This document shows, one piece after another, positions 16,795 to 29,510 of a DNA stretch of 64,000 nt; within the stretch, counting starts at the first letter, position 1; the number at the start of each line of letters is the position of its first letter. Made by a program: the position numbers and the translations under genes. The notes below the pieces were generated by a model. That model was not told the origin of the DNA. It made no database searches and worked only from the letters and a program-made list of their open reading frames with translations. Source of the stretch: Eledone cirrhosa (lineage: Eukaryota); NCBI GenBank assembly GCA_964016885.1, contig OZ024740.1, positions 165,974,001-166,038,000 on the forward strand. The letters are read 5' to 3'.

Positions 16795-18085
16795 AGTGTG
16801 TATGTGCACATGTGTATTTATATATACAAGTTTATAATACATTAAGAGGCGTCTACAATGTTCATGTAGATGTTGGTGTCAAAATGTTTCACACAGTGCT
16901 GTTGGCGTGTTTCAGAAGAGTGTGTTGTGTGACAACTATTATCTGTCTTGGTTTCAGAAGATTAATTCGAAATTTTCGTGCTGTGTCCAAGTCATAGCTC
17001 AACCCTTGAAATCGCTACTTGAGGACTTATGTGCTAAAACTTTGTCTCTAAATTGACTCTTCTTACGATTTCATTACAATTCATATATATGAACGAATCA
17101 ATTTTGACGGAAATGGGAATTAGACAATCGACACTTTAATAAATGAATGAAACAATCACAAGAAGAAAGAAATAATGGAGAAAAGTCTTTTGAATGGACG
17201 AATTGAAAACCTAGAAGAACTATTGTAAGCACCGAATAGTGTATTCGCGACAGTTACATTTTTTTCACTACTATTCCAAACGCAATAGTTGATAGTGTAA
17301 AATAAAGGATCTCAGCTGAAAATCTGTTTTCTTAAAGTCAACTAATCCTTCTCCATAGATTTATACTTTATTTATCGACCATAACAAGGACAAATACCAT
17401 GTTAATCTGTATGAGAATTCAACTCAGAACGAAAGGTACCTGAATAATAACCAAAAGGCATTCCGCCCTGCGCTGAAACAAACCTTCTAATTCCTAAACA
17501 TCTTAGGAAAGTAAATACTCTGCCGGTCTTAGCCAACATACCACTTTCACAATTTAGTCATTGTTGTACCAATAGAAAATAGAAAAGTTTTATATTACGT
17601 AGCAAAATTCAGTAATACAAAATATAAAAATATTTACTCAGGTAGAACTCGATCAATGTATCTGTTCTAAGTGAAGATCGTCATCGTTGATTGCTTGGTT
17701 ATGTAGACAAAAAATAGTAGACGTATTAGTGGAGGTTAGGTAAGTTTGTGTAATATACATGGCATGAGTTTATCCGAAATATTAGTCAAATAAAATGGCT
17801 TTGACCAGAAATCGAAACTAGATCGCAAATTTCTCCCTCGGTGTTCATATTCAGTTGAGTTAATGGCATTGACAATGAAATATATCATATACAAACACAC
17901 ATACGCACCTACACGCACACACACATACGCAAACATACACACATGCACAGATACTTACCTACAACATCCGAGAGATGTGCTCATTCACAACTATAAAAAT
18001 GGAAATACGACATGTAAACAAATGTATATGTATTTGTGGTGTGTGTGTGTGTGTCTGTCTGTGTGTGTATATATATATGTGTGTG

Positions 18086-18121
<36 letters not shown>

Positions 18122-18714
18122 ATTGTCAATGTTTGCATGCCTGTGACTGATAGTTTGTTTCTGCTTTCGCAAATATCTGGCATGTGGTTTGAGCAAGTAT
18201 GTGTGTTTGCTGCTTGTGTATTTATTTTGAATGGAACTACTTGATTTGTATGAATCTAGTGTTGTCATGGATATTTACTGTTTATTCCAGTCTGTGTATT
18301 TTGAATGAATGTGTGTTTTGTGTGTGTGTGTGTGTGTCTGTGTGTGTGTGTGTATGTGCATGTATGTATGCTGACGTTTTGTGTGTGTGTGGAGATTGTG
18401 GGGAGTTTCTATGAATGATTGTATGCTATTTGTCAGTAGTGACGTAACGAAAACGCCATTCAAACTTGTATGTGTCAGACTGTGTTTAACACCGAGGAAA
18501 GGCTGATCAACGAGGCGTGAAATGAATGACTGACATCTTGCAAAAGCTGAAACAGCAGCATCAGCAGCACTAGTAGCAGTCAAATAAGATATTTGCAGTG
18601 CCATTTGCAACAGTGTTCCGTCATGTCGATTTTAGTGGAGCTGTTCTAAAGCGACAGTTTTCGTTCGCCTTGGTGTCATTTGTAGTGTCGGGTTTGCTGG
18701 TAATATAGTATGCA

Positions 18715-18770
<56 letters not shown>

Positions 18771-18774
18771 GTAG

Positions 18775-18817
<43 letters not shown>

Positions 18818-18831
18818 TGTAGTAGTAGTAT

Positions 18832-18872
<41 letters not shown>
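18715..18872. repeat. Compound (TAG)n-(TAT)n-(TAG)n microsatellite
   Basis: Seen directly. Confidence 0.95.
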
Positions 18873-18873
<1 letters not shown>

Positions 18874-19352
18874 GTGTGAGTTGAATGAGGCATGTAGCTC
18901 ATTTCATGTGCATTGATATTGAGCCATTCTAGCATGAAATACTCTTCTGTTGAATGCATGTGATTATAGTAATCATAATGATTTGCTTCTACAGTTTCTT
19001 GCGCCCGTTTGGTGACCAAATAGACTTCAATTGTTGTCGCTTTTGTTCCCTACACTTTACATCCTGTCTACTGTCTGTCTGACCTCCTCTTGGCAATGCA
19101 TGCCTGTAAATAAATTTATCAGTCAATCCCTTTATCCATATTTTAGTCATGTTAAATATGCGTTATACGTATGCGCCTACACGTGTGCGCGCGCACTTGT
19201 GTGTTTGTGACTGTGTGGTGGTGGGGGGGGGGGGCGTGTGTGTGTGCATGTGAATATTTGTTTTAGCATTACTATATGAAAATTTCCTCCAGTTTTATGT
19301 TTAGTTTTAATACGGTTATTGAAACATTATCGCATCCCTTAAGGCACATACA

Positions 19353-19429
<77 letters not shown>

Positions 19430-22229
19430 TATGTGTGTGTGTGTGTATATATATATGCACAACCCACATGTACGCTCACACGCACTAACAGATGCACCCA
19501 TACGTACATGCTTCTCGTACACACGTACACAGGTGTTCTCCAATCAATAAATACATTACGGATAACATAACGAGCCTTTGAAACAATAAAATAATTGGAT
19601 TTAAGCCTTCGTTGAAAAAAATATTCGATATTTGCTGTGATTAACGCCAGGACGCCGTGTTGCTTTGATAATTACAGTTCGTGATAGCTTGCCTCAATGC
19701 ATCTATCCTTCTAGCCTTCAACATTAAAACATATAGCTACACAGGGACTATGCTTCAGCTTAGTGTTTATTTACACCTATGACAATGTGAGATATGTATT
19801 ACACCGATCTCTTAAATCCTCTCTTACATTTATTTCCCTCTCTGTCTTTCTTTCTCTATCTGTGATTCAACAAGTTTACTGATTTTTGTGGGTTTATGTC
19901 AACACCCATTTCTACAACATCTTTTTCTTTTTTACTTTTATATCCATGACCTACACCCTCACATACCTTTAAATACACACTACTTAACATACACACATCC
20001 GCGCGTGCGTGTCTGATATGGGGAAGGATATGTGTGTATCTGCGTGTGGATATGTGTGCAAGCTCACTAATTCAGCAGAATTTTATAGAATTGTCGTTTG
20101 CTTGGATAACCAGGCCAGTGAATAAACGTACTTATTGACTGGCTATCTTGAAATCTATGTAAGATGTCAGCTCAAAAATAAAATACCTTTTTCTTGCTCA
20201 CGCCCTCGATCTCTTTCCTAGCTCTCTCTCACACTCGTGTGTGTTGTTCTTTAAGTCTATCTGTTTCGATGCTGTTTATATTGTTTTACTTTTTGTTTCC
20301 CTACATGGGCACTTAGCAAATATATCATGACTAATCATTTACACTTTAATATAAAACTTTTGTAGCGCTAAGTCAACAAAGAACCTCTGTGCAGGCACCT
20401 CATAAAAAGAAAGGGCACATAAGATAATGTACTTTTAGATAATCCTAAAAAAAACAAGATGAATGCTATAGAAATACTTTTTATCGATCATGCTTTACCT
20501 GAGGTTAAACAGCAACCACAAAAAATTCAGGATATTACATTTCGGCTGGAACTTCTCGATAAATACAGAATATTTTTCTTTCGTGAGAGACCGTAGATAT
20601 ATAAATATAAGTTGGTGTTATTTAGTCGTTTGTGAGCCTTGATTAAACAGATCGGTGATTAGTGTCGTTAAAACCAGTACTGCCGATCCCATCATTTCCG
20701 CATACAAAACTGAAAAAAATACATAGTGAACGAAATTCTAAATATGCTGAGCAATTTAGTCATGCGCTTTTATGTTTCTGACACTCCATTATTTTTTATT
20801 AGAAATCATCAGAATTATCATCACCAACACCACTGCCATCGCGTCATTGTTGTCGTTAACATCGACAAAAGAAATGGAAATTATATTTCAATATCTGAAG
20901 TCTTCTAAGAATTATTAGTGCCATCGTTGTTTTTGTTGCTCTTTTGTTACCAGTGTTATTCAATCCAGTCTTAAATGTATCAAATTCTGTTTTGCCCTCC
21001 TCCATTCTTGTATATTTGGTCCCCTAGTCACCAAATTGGACTAGCATTGACAGTAAATAATATTATGTCGATTGCTCTGCAGGCGACAACATCCGCTCCT
21101 AGAATGTCCCTCTCTACTACCATTTGCTAATGAGACGGGGTTTGGGTTGCAATGTCTCGGGTCTCACCTTCGTTAATTAGCATGAGGTCAAAGAATTGAC
21201 CTTCCTCCCTATACTGGATTGAATTTATGAATACAAATTCCTTTCTCTTAAGTATAACATTTTAAAGATATTCTTGACACTGTATTTTATATTATTTTGT
21301 TTATAAAATCAGTATTTTGTGTGTGTCTGTGTGCGTTTGTGAGTGTGTGTGTTGGTGCGTCTGTGTGTACGTGAGTGCGCGCGTTTGTGCGTGAGTACGT
21401 CTTATATGGCGCCAGTCCCGTTTCTGCAGTCTAATCAGAAAGGAAAGAGATAAGCATTAGAAAAAATAGAATGTGAGAGATAGAAGTGGGAGAACTTACA
21501 GAAGAATGAAAAGAGGGAGTGATTATGATGAAATACGAAGAGCCAAAGAAAGCAAAAGATGTGTGTCTGTGTGTGAGTGAGTGACTGACTGATCTGTTTT
21601 CTTTAGAACTTAATTCAGGCTTATTTCCGTCATTCCATCTCGACGAAGTCCTTTCCTCTCGAGAAAGACCCCTCCTATCCCATTACTTCCTCTATTTACT
21701 CTTTCCATAGAATATTTTGATTCCACTACCAGAAAACATAGTTTTCACCGAATTCCTCGATTGATTGGGGCACCATGCCGAGAACCACCGTAAAATATGT
21801 TTATGTAACCTCATCAACATTTCAGGCCTAAAACATTTGCATGCAAGGAATTAGTGCTGAATGATTAAACAGTTATTGTCGTCAGACTGCGGCCAAGTTT
21901 GAAGTATATCATTTGCAAATAATTCTCAAGCTTGCAGATATGCGCTTCACATGTTACAAACACAAACTCATTGACAACTAGAAAGCGAAACCTGTGGCAT
22001 ACACCCCATTGTTGAAGATAATTAATGACAGGAGGTTATCCCTGCGGCGAATTGATATCAGTTTACTGAATATATTCGACTCACATACCATTGCACGACA
22101 GGAATCGTGATTTCATTTAGCTATGATAGTATTTGTTCCACGGACCAGTGAGCTGGGATTTTGGCTTGGCGGAATAAATACGTTGAGATATTTATACAGT
22201 TTGGTTAGTATATAAAGGAAATAGAAATA

Positions 22230-22400
22230 ATTGTTTCTACGTTAGGCACAAGACCAGCAATGACCCAGTGCATTACTGGTACTTTATTTTATCGACCCCG
22301 TAAGGATGAAAGGCAAAGTTAACCTCGGCGGCATTTGAACTCAGAATGGCAAGGGGCGTAACTCTATACGTCAAAGCATGGCGTCCGACCCTCTCCCAAT
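22230..22400 (-). mobile_element. Family A SINE
   Basis: Near-identical to the array copies. Confidence 0.85.
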
Positions 22401-22908
22401 AGAAATAATGAAACTGTCTAACAAGGAAAATGTTCGTTGTAGTCTTCTATGCAGGCACTCGGCTTACTCGAGTCACGATCTGATGTCGCAAGAGAAAAAG
22501 AAAAATGTGAGAAATGTAGGCCTGGATATACACGAGACGGAATAGTCATGACTAGACTGTCTTTAATCATGTCTATTTGAGCTGACATGAATCTAAACAA
22601 CAATGACAATAACCAATAGCATTATAAACAACAACAACAATAATGATAATAATAATGATTTCATTTATTGGCCACAAGGGCCGACATATAGGGGACAACA
22701 CAATAGACAGGGACAGTGGGGGTTTACATAGAGATCGAGTAAGTATAAATAACAAAAAACAAAATAACAATAAAAATACAACAATGAAAGTTCCCCAATA
22801 AGAGGGATCACCACCCAGGGTTGACTCAAGCACCCCACCAGTCCTGAGCCACCCGACGCTCCTAGGGCACCCGGGAAGGGCACCCCTCTCCTTCTCGAAT
22901 TCACCAGC

Positions 22909-25900
22909 CTACAGGCGCATGATCAGAGTAGGCCCACTCACGCGGGCCATTCTCGCCACATTCACCCACCTTTCAGTAAATGTACTGGGGGGCAGCACTT
23001 CTCTCTCCACCCTCACCTTCCTTTCCAAGTGAAACTTGAAGAAGTTGATGAGGGATTGGCCGAAGAGAAAAGTGTCTGTCTTCAGTCCTTTCAACCTGGT
23101 CCACCATGCAACCTCTTTCGCTACTGCCACCAGGCAGAGGAAAATTGCCTGCCCTTCCTGACCAAAAGAAGGCGGCGGGTCAATCTTCACTATGGACTCG
23201 GACGATAGCCGGATCCGTTCTACACGCGACAATAGCTGTTCGACATAACCCCAGAAGTCAGCAATGCACGGACACTGGACGAGTGCGTGCAGAACGGTTT
23301 CGTCGCTCTGCGCGCATCTCGGGCAGGTTCGTCTGACAGCACTTCCGTGCCTGTAGAGTTTATCCCGAACCGGCAGCGCCCCCCGGTAGCACTGCCAAGC
23401 GAGGGATTTCTGGAAGTTATCCATCGTCCCCGGCTCGAAAGTCCTCCGGAACATACTGGTCAGTTCTACTTCGTTGACGCATAGAGCCTCTCCTAGTACG
23501 TCATCGTACTTGCCCTCCACTAATCCTCTATAGAAATCTTGAGTGGAAGTTCCACTGACCGCATTGCCCACCTTGCAGAGTGCAGTGAGCCCCTGGCAAC
23601 ATTCCAGATGCCAGTCGCCCAGTCTCGGTCTCTTCTTGACCCAGGACTGCAGCTCAGTCAAAGAGATGAGCTGCGGAAAGGCCCGTCTAACAAACGGCGA
23701 CCACACCTGTTCACCGTTTAGGCAAAATATCCGGAGATGTCGCAGCCTCAGCGCATGTCTGCGCATCATTAGCCACGGCATGCCCAGCCCTCCACGAAGA
23801 GGGTGCTGGCAGCAGATGGACCGCCTCACCAACGGGACCCGTCCCCTCCACAAAAATTTGAAAAGGAGCCGTTCCAAATTGGCGAGGCGTGGACGGGGGC
23901 AAGGCACGACGGTCAGGCGGTAGTAGATGACGGACGCGATGTACGCGTTCGCCACCTCCGCCCGCCCTTTCAGTGATAGCTTTCTCTCAGCCCATTTCTG
24001 GGTGAGGTTGGCTATCCTGCTCGTCACCTCGTCCCAATTCTTATCCACCTGGAGGTCTGGTCCGAACCAAACCCCGAGCAACTTTACCGGTCCGTCTGTC
24101 CAGCGCCCAACGACGCTGTTGGACGGCATGGACTTGCCTCTCCAGGTGCCGAGCTGCAAGCCCACCGACTTTTCCGGGTTAAGTTTTGCTCCCGTCAACC
24201 TTTCATATTCCTCCAAATGGGTGCGGATCACCTCGATTTCCGAGGTGTCCGACACCATCACGGTCATGTCGTCCGCATAAGCGGACGCAGCCTTTCTACG
24301 TCCCGGTTCGAACGGGATGCCCTGCAACAACTCCAGCTTCCGCAGTAGAGGCTCAAGAGTCAATACGTACAGAAGTGAGGAGAGAGGGCACCCTTGACGG
24401 ACCGATCGAGAGATCTGAAACGGTTCCGAGAGGTGGCCATTAACTTTGACCACCGAGCAGATGCCGCTGTACATTGCAGCGATCCAGCTTCTGAAGACGG
24501 GGCCGAAGCCAGCCGCCTCGAGGACAGCCTCCAAGTACCGATGGTCGACCCTATCGAATGCTTTCGATTGATCTAAATTGATCAGAGCCCCACCGAAGCC
24601 AGGTTTGCACCCAACCCTCTCTATGATGTATCGCATGAGGTGGAGGTTGTCGTGTAGGGACCTGGTCGGGATTGCGCAAGTTTGCGCCTCCCCAACCAAA
24701 TCTTTGACGACAAGCGCCAACCTTTTCGCTAACACCTTGGCCAAAATCTTAAACTCTGTGTTGAGCAGGGTTATGGGCCTGAAATTATCTAGTGTGTCCC
24801 TCTTGTTCTCGTCTTTCCTTATCAGCGTCACTACGCCACGGCTCACAGAACTGGGAATGCTCCCGTTCTGCTGCCAGTTGCAGTAGAGCGCTTCGAGGAG
24901 ATCGGAGAACAAGTCTGGCATATTTACGTAAAGCTCGTAGGGCAGACCATCCAAACCGGGTGACTTGCGACTCGAGCAGCCGACAAGGGCGTCCTGAATT
25001 TCGACTGATGCTATCGGCTCTTCGCAGCGCTCAGCGTCGGCCGTCGAGAGGCGTGACAAGCCGTCGAGGTAGAGACTGAAGTCCGCCGCCGTCTCCGACT
25101 CACCCATCCTCCCGAACAATCGAGCAAAGTGCTGGCGAAAGGCCTCACACATCTGCTTGGAATCGCTCAGTTCGTGTCCATCTCGATCCGTCAAAGACCG
25201 AATTGTGGTTTTATTTCCACGCTGCGTCTCTGCAAAGCGAGCCCATCGGGCAGCTTTGGTTCCCTTGTTCCTCAGAGCACGCGCCTTAGCTCTGACAATG
25301 CAACCTTCGTGTTTCGCATTGAAGAAATGGTCTAGTGCCATTCTCGCCGCTAGCACGTCTGTTGCAATGCCACTACAAATAGCCTCGTCTAACTTAGCTA
25401 TCAGCCCCTCCTCCTTTCTATTTTTGTCTATTGCTACTTCTTTGCTAAATCCTATCGAGGTTGCTCTAATCTCTCTTTTGAGAGCCCCCCACCACCTGTT
25501 GTTGACAACCCCCCCTGTCAACTTTTGCTTAACTAAGTTGTTGACCCGCTCCCTCTAAGCTTTACGTGCCGGAAACGACATGTTTAGCTTCCAGTAGCTA
25601 GGTCCTAACCTACGTGTCTTATCTAGGTCGACCATACAGATCACAAGCTTGTGATCTGAATAGGCAACCGTTTTAAAATGTGGACATCCTACACTATTTC
25701 TATCTCTTTTCCTAATGAAAATCCTATCTATGTACGATCTAGATGACTCTATGCGATTGGTCCAGGTCCATACTGGCGCATTAGGGAAATCTAGTCGGTA
25801 CCTGTCAGACAGTTGAAACTGGCTGATCAGGTACTTGAGGCTTTTGCACCCCCCCGCTCCTATCAGATACTCCCACACAATCCCAGCGTGCTTCTAAGAT

Positions 25901-26329
25901 GCCATTCCAATCCCCTATTAACAGTAAAGGGCGAGACGTAAGCAGAAAGTTTTCCAGGCGCCTAAAGAAGTCCGGCCGACCGGCCCCAAAAGGGGCGTAG
26001 ACGGCCACCAGTCTAAAGGCACCACCTTCGCTATTGCTCACGTCCAGGACCACCAACTTTTCGTCAGGATCCCGGAAGATTGACCTTACCTCGAGATCCA
26101 GACATTTCCTAAACAGCACAGCCACTCCACCTCCCATTCCCGGCCGACTAACAGATGCAAAGATCTGATAATCGTCGAAAATCGGCGCCAGTGCGCGTGT
26201 GTCGGAAATTCTGGTCTCGCTGATGGCAATTACATCCATTCCTAGTGACCTGAGGTCGTTGAACAAGTGACCTTGCTTCCAGGGCGACCCCAGGCCACGA
26301 ACATTTAAACTTCCTACTCTTATGGCCAT
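22909..26329 (-). pseudogene. Tx1 ORF2: apurinic endonuclease + reverse transcriptase + C-terminal zinc finger, with one frameshift and one stop
   Basis: APE motifs SLNVRGL, ISET, VYAP, GDWN, SYIDRIF, SDH. RT motifs KSPGLDGL, FRPITLLN, LDQSKAFDRV, RQGCPLS, YADD. C-terminal CPRC..ETVLHALVQC. +1 frameshift in a 7-base homopolymer at 25849-25855; TAG at 25555-25557. Confidence 0.92.
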
Positions 26330-26358
26330 GCTGGCAGGATGAATGGGAGAGGAAAGGT

Positions 26359-28269
26359 TTACTTACCTTCCGGGGTCTTGTGAAGGTCGGGTGGTTCGAC
26401 CTCCATGGTTTGTGGGGTTTCTTTTGGGAACCCCTTTAATAGTCTTGAAGTGGGTTTTACGTTCGGGGTTCCCACATTCCGAGGAAAGCTCTTTCGAATT
26501 TCTTTGTATGAAGCGAGCAACATTCGCATCAGAAGCAAAGTATCTGGTACGCGAAATGTGCTCGCTTCAAATGTTTCCCCCTCTTTTTCGATGTTTGTGC
26601 TTCGTGCTACATGGGCCATCAATTCCTTGTTGGCCCTTCTGGCAAGCACGAAGTTTTTAATGTTTTGTTGCTCGGGTTTTATTTGTTCGTGTGATTGTGG
26701 TGGTGATAGCTTTGTTAGTGTTGTTTCTATTGTGTCTGCGTTTGTTGTGGGTGGGGTGTCTGTAGTTTCTGATGTTTGTGTGTCTATTTGTTCTTGTGTC
26801 TGTTTAGCTTGTTTGCGTTTGGGAGATTTTGGTGGTTGTGTTGGTGATGCTGTGGGGAAAATGTTTGTGTGGGTGGTGTGTGTATTTTTTTTTGTGGGGG
26901 TGTTTGTGCTTTGTGGATTTCTTTTTTTTTTGTGTTTTGTTTTTTGTATTTTGGGGGACTTTGGTTTTCCCTCATCTTCACTGCTGGAGGATTAGGGGTC
27001 TGTGGCTGTGAGCGTGTTTGTGTCTGAGTGAGTGTTTATGTTCTTGTTCGTGTGTGTATTTTGGGGGGGAGGGGGGATGGGAGAGCTTTCCTCGTTTCCC
27101 CCCTGGGTGTGCAATTTTGGTGGTTCCATTGTTGACGGTGTTGCTGGTGGTCCTTGTCCCGGCGTCGCCAGCAGTGGAATCTTTCGACCCCTTGCGCTTT
27201 TCGGCAGTTGAGGGCAGAAGGCTCGCAAGTGTGTCGTTTCCCCACAAAGGAAACAATGCGGCCTTTTGCCCTCAGTCATTATATGCAACACCCTCCCGTT
27301 TTGGAGGCGGATGTGGTCCGGGATTGCTTTTACGTTTTCGGGTCTGATTTGGAGCAGTATCTCCAGATCAACCCCGGACCAGTCGTCCCTGGCAGTTCTC
27401 GTTGCCTCTACCGGGACTGTATCCGTTCCTTCCACGATTACGCAACCCAGGAGCCACCACATATCAAGTCCTGGTGGAATCCTGGGAATGCGCACACGTG
27501 CTATTCGTTTTCCCATGTGGGAGGGGTACATTATGACCTTGCTGGTTTTGCAAGGGGTCATTGAATGCTTCACAGCGAGGGCTTCAGACTTGAACAGCAC
27601 CGAAACGGTGCCGTATTGCCTGCCCCTCTCTATGAAGTCTGTGTCCTCTCTGATGTATTTCAGTGCGGCTTCTATATCAGCTTGGGCGATTATCGCTGCC
27701 CTCTTTGTCTCTACTGAGATGCATCTGAAATGCACCGTTCTTTTTTCCACTGCCTCAATGGCTTCTGCCGGGACAGTTAAGTTTGCCCAGGTCTGCTCTT
27801 GATTTATGATTTTCCAGGCCTGGGCCAACTTTTCCTCTCTGTTGGTTAAGTCGATGCTGTAGCATGGTCTCCTTTTAGCCGCTGCCACAGCAGCGAAGGT
27901 GTTCTTGTTGGTGTTGTCACTGTTGATGTTCTTGTTGGTGTTGCTGCTGCTATTGCTGTTGTTGTTCTCCCTTGTGTCGTGGTTACCCTCTGTGCTGTTG
28001 GCCTTGTTGGTGCTGCTGCTGTCGCTACTATTACTCTCTGTGCTGTTCGTTTAGTTGGTGCTCTCGCTATTACCACCTTCTGCGCTGTTCGGCTTCTTGG
28101 TGTTGGTGTTGTCGCTGTTACCACCTTCCGCGCCGCTCGGCCCGTTGGTGCTGGCACTGTCGCTGCTCACACTCGTGCTGGTGGCGCTCCTCGCCCCACC
28201 TCTCCTCTCAACGCTCAAGTCGCCGTTGCACGACAACAGACCCGCCTCTAGGGGGCGTGGCTCCGCCAT
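26359..28269 (-). pseudogene. Tx1 ORF1 (gag-like nucleic-acid-binding protein, ~636 aa) with two in-frame stops
   Basis: ORF pieces 28051-28269, 26992-27888 and 26359-26649 are in one frame and the intervening sequence reads open; TAA at 28051-28053 and 26992-26994. Motifs TFAAVAAA and zinc knuckle CFLCGETTHLRAFC; low-complexity S/N/T-rich ends. Confidence 0.85.
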
Positions 28270-28504
28270 GTTTTTTTGAGAAAAAAATTATTATTTTTCC
28301 AAAATAAAGTTCAAATATTTGGGCCAAAAGGCCCAAATATTATGAGTTATTCCTTCACAGGATACAAATGAATGTCTTATAATGCTTCAGCGGTACAAAA
28401 AAATAAACAATTCTCCACAATTAATCCTCAAAAAATTGCTTACTCACGGAGCTTCAAAAAACGTACATCCACTTTCGTCAATAATAATAATAATAATAAT
28501 AATT

Positions 28505-29510
28505 ACCAGTATATTACTGGTACTTTATTTTATCGACCCCGTAAGGATGAAAGACAAAGTTAACCTCGGCGGGATTTGAACTCAGATCGTAAAGGGACGT
28601 AACTATGCTGGAAAGCATGGCGTCCGACCCTCTACCGATACTCCTAATCTACCGCCCTTAATAACAATAATAATAATTGTTTCTAATGTAGGCACAAGGC
28701 CAGCAATTACCCAGTGCATTACTGGTACTTTATTTTATCGACCCCGCAAGGATGAAAGGCAAAGTTAACCTCGGCGGGATTTGAACTCAGATCGTAAAGG
28801 GACGTAACTATGCTGGAAAGCATGGCGTCCGACCCTCTACCGATACTCCCAATCCACCGCCCTTATAATAACAATAATAATAATGTTTACTGATTTAGGC
28901 ACAAGCCCAGCAATTTTTGTGGGTGAGGGAAAGTCGATCATATCGACCCAGTTCATTACTGGTACTATATTTTATCAACCCCATCAGGATGAAAGGCAGA
29001 GCTAACCTCGCCGGGATTTGAACTCAGATCGTAAAGGGCCGTAATTCTATGCCACGAAGCAGGGCGTCCGACGCTCTACTAATACTGCCAATCTACCGGT
29101 TCAACAACAACAACAACAACAATAATAATAATTGTTTCTATTTTTGGCACAAGGCCAGCAAATACCCAGTACATTACTGATACTTTATTTTATCGACCCC
29201 GTAAGGATGAAAGGCAAAGTTAACCTCGGTGGGATTTGAACTCTATGCTTCAAAGCATGGTGTCCGACTCTCTACCGATACTGCCAATCCACAATAAGGT
29301 TTTCTAGTATAGGCACAAGGCCAGTAATTGCGGAAGGGGGGAGGGGTCGATTAAATCGACTCCAGTACGTTACTGGTACTTTATTTTATCGACCCTGTAA
29401 GGATGAAAGACAAAGTTTACCTCAGCGGAATTTGAACTCAGACCGTAAAGGACCGTAACTCCTATGCTGCAGAGCATGGTTTCTGACGCTCTACCAATAC
29501 TGCCAAACCA
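28505..29510 (-). mobile_element. Tandem array of five tRNA-derived SINEs (family A)
   Basis: Five head-to-tail ~160-215 bp copies (approx. 28505-28660, 28678-28865, 28884-29100, 29133-29292, 29298-29510), mostly separated by (AAT)n/(AAC)n. Each has A-box-like TGGCAGTATCGG, B box GTTCAAATCC and core GCCTTTCATCCTTACGGGGTCGATAAAATAAAGTACCAG (resembles the Meta/RUDI SINE domain, from memory). Confidence 0.88.

Larger units (their letters stand above)
22640..28480 (-). mobile_element. Near full-length Tx1-clade (L1 group) non-LTR retrotransposon
   Basis: GC-rich island. Contains a ~210 bp 5'UTR, gag-like ORF1 with CCHC knuckle, 29 bp spacer, APE-RT-zinc ORF2, and a 3'UTR ending AATAAATGAAATC(ATT)n. 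Flanked by (AAT)n on both sides. Confidence 0.9.

Noticed and set aside
26331-26366. 36-nt GT-AG intron fusing ORF1 and ORF2
   Set aside because: Very short, and removal leaves ORF2 out of frame with ORF1.
23106-28307. + strand ORFs over the LINE
   Set aside because: Antisense shadows of the GC-rich coding strand with no motifs.
28505-29510. CRISPR-like or tRNA-gene array
   Set aside because: Units are SINEs with degenerate tRNA-like heads and microsatellite spacers; no cas genes and no full cloverleaf.
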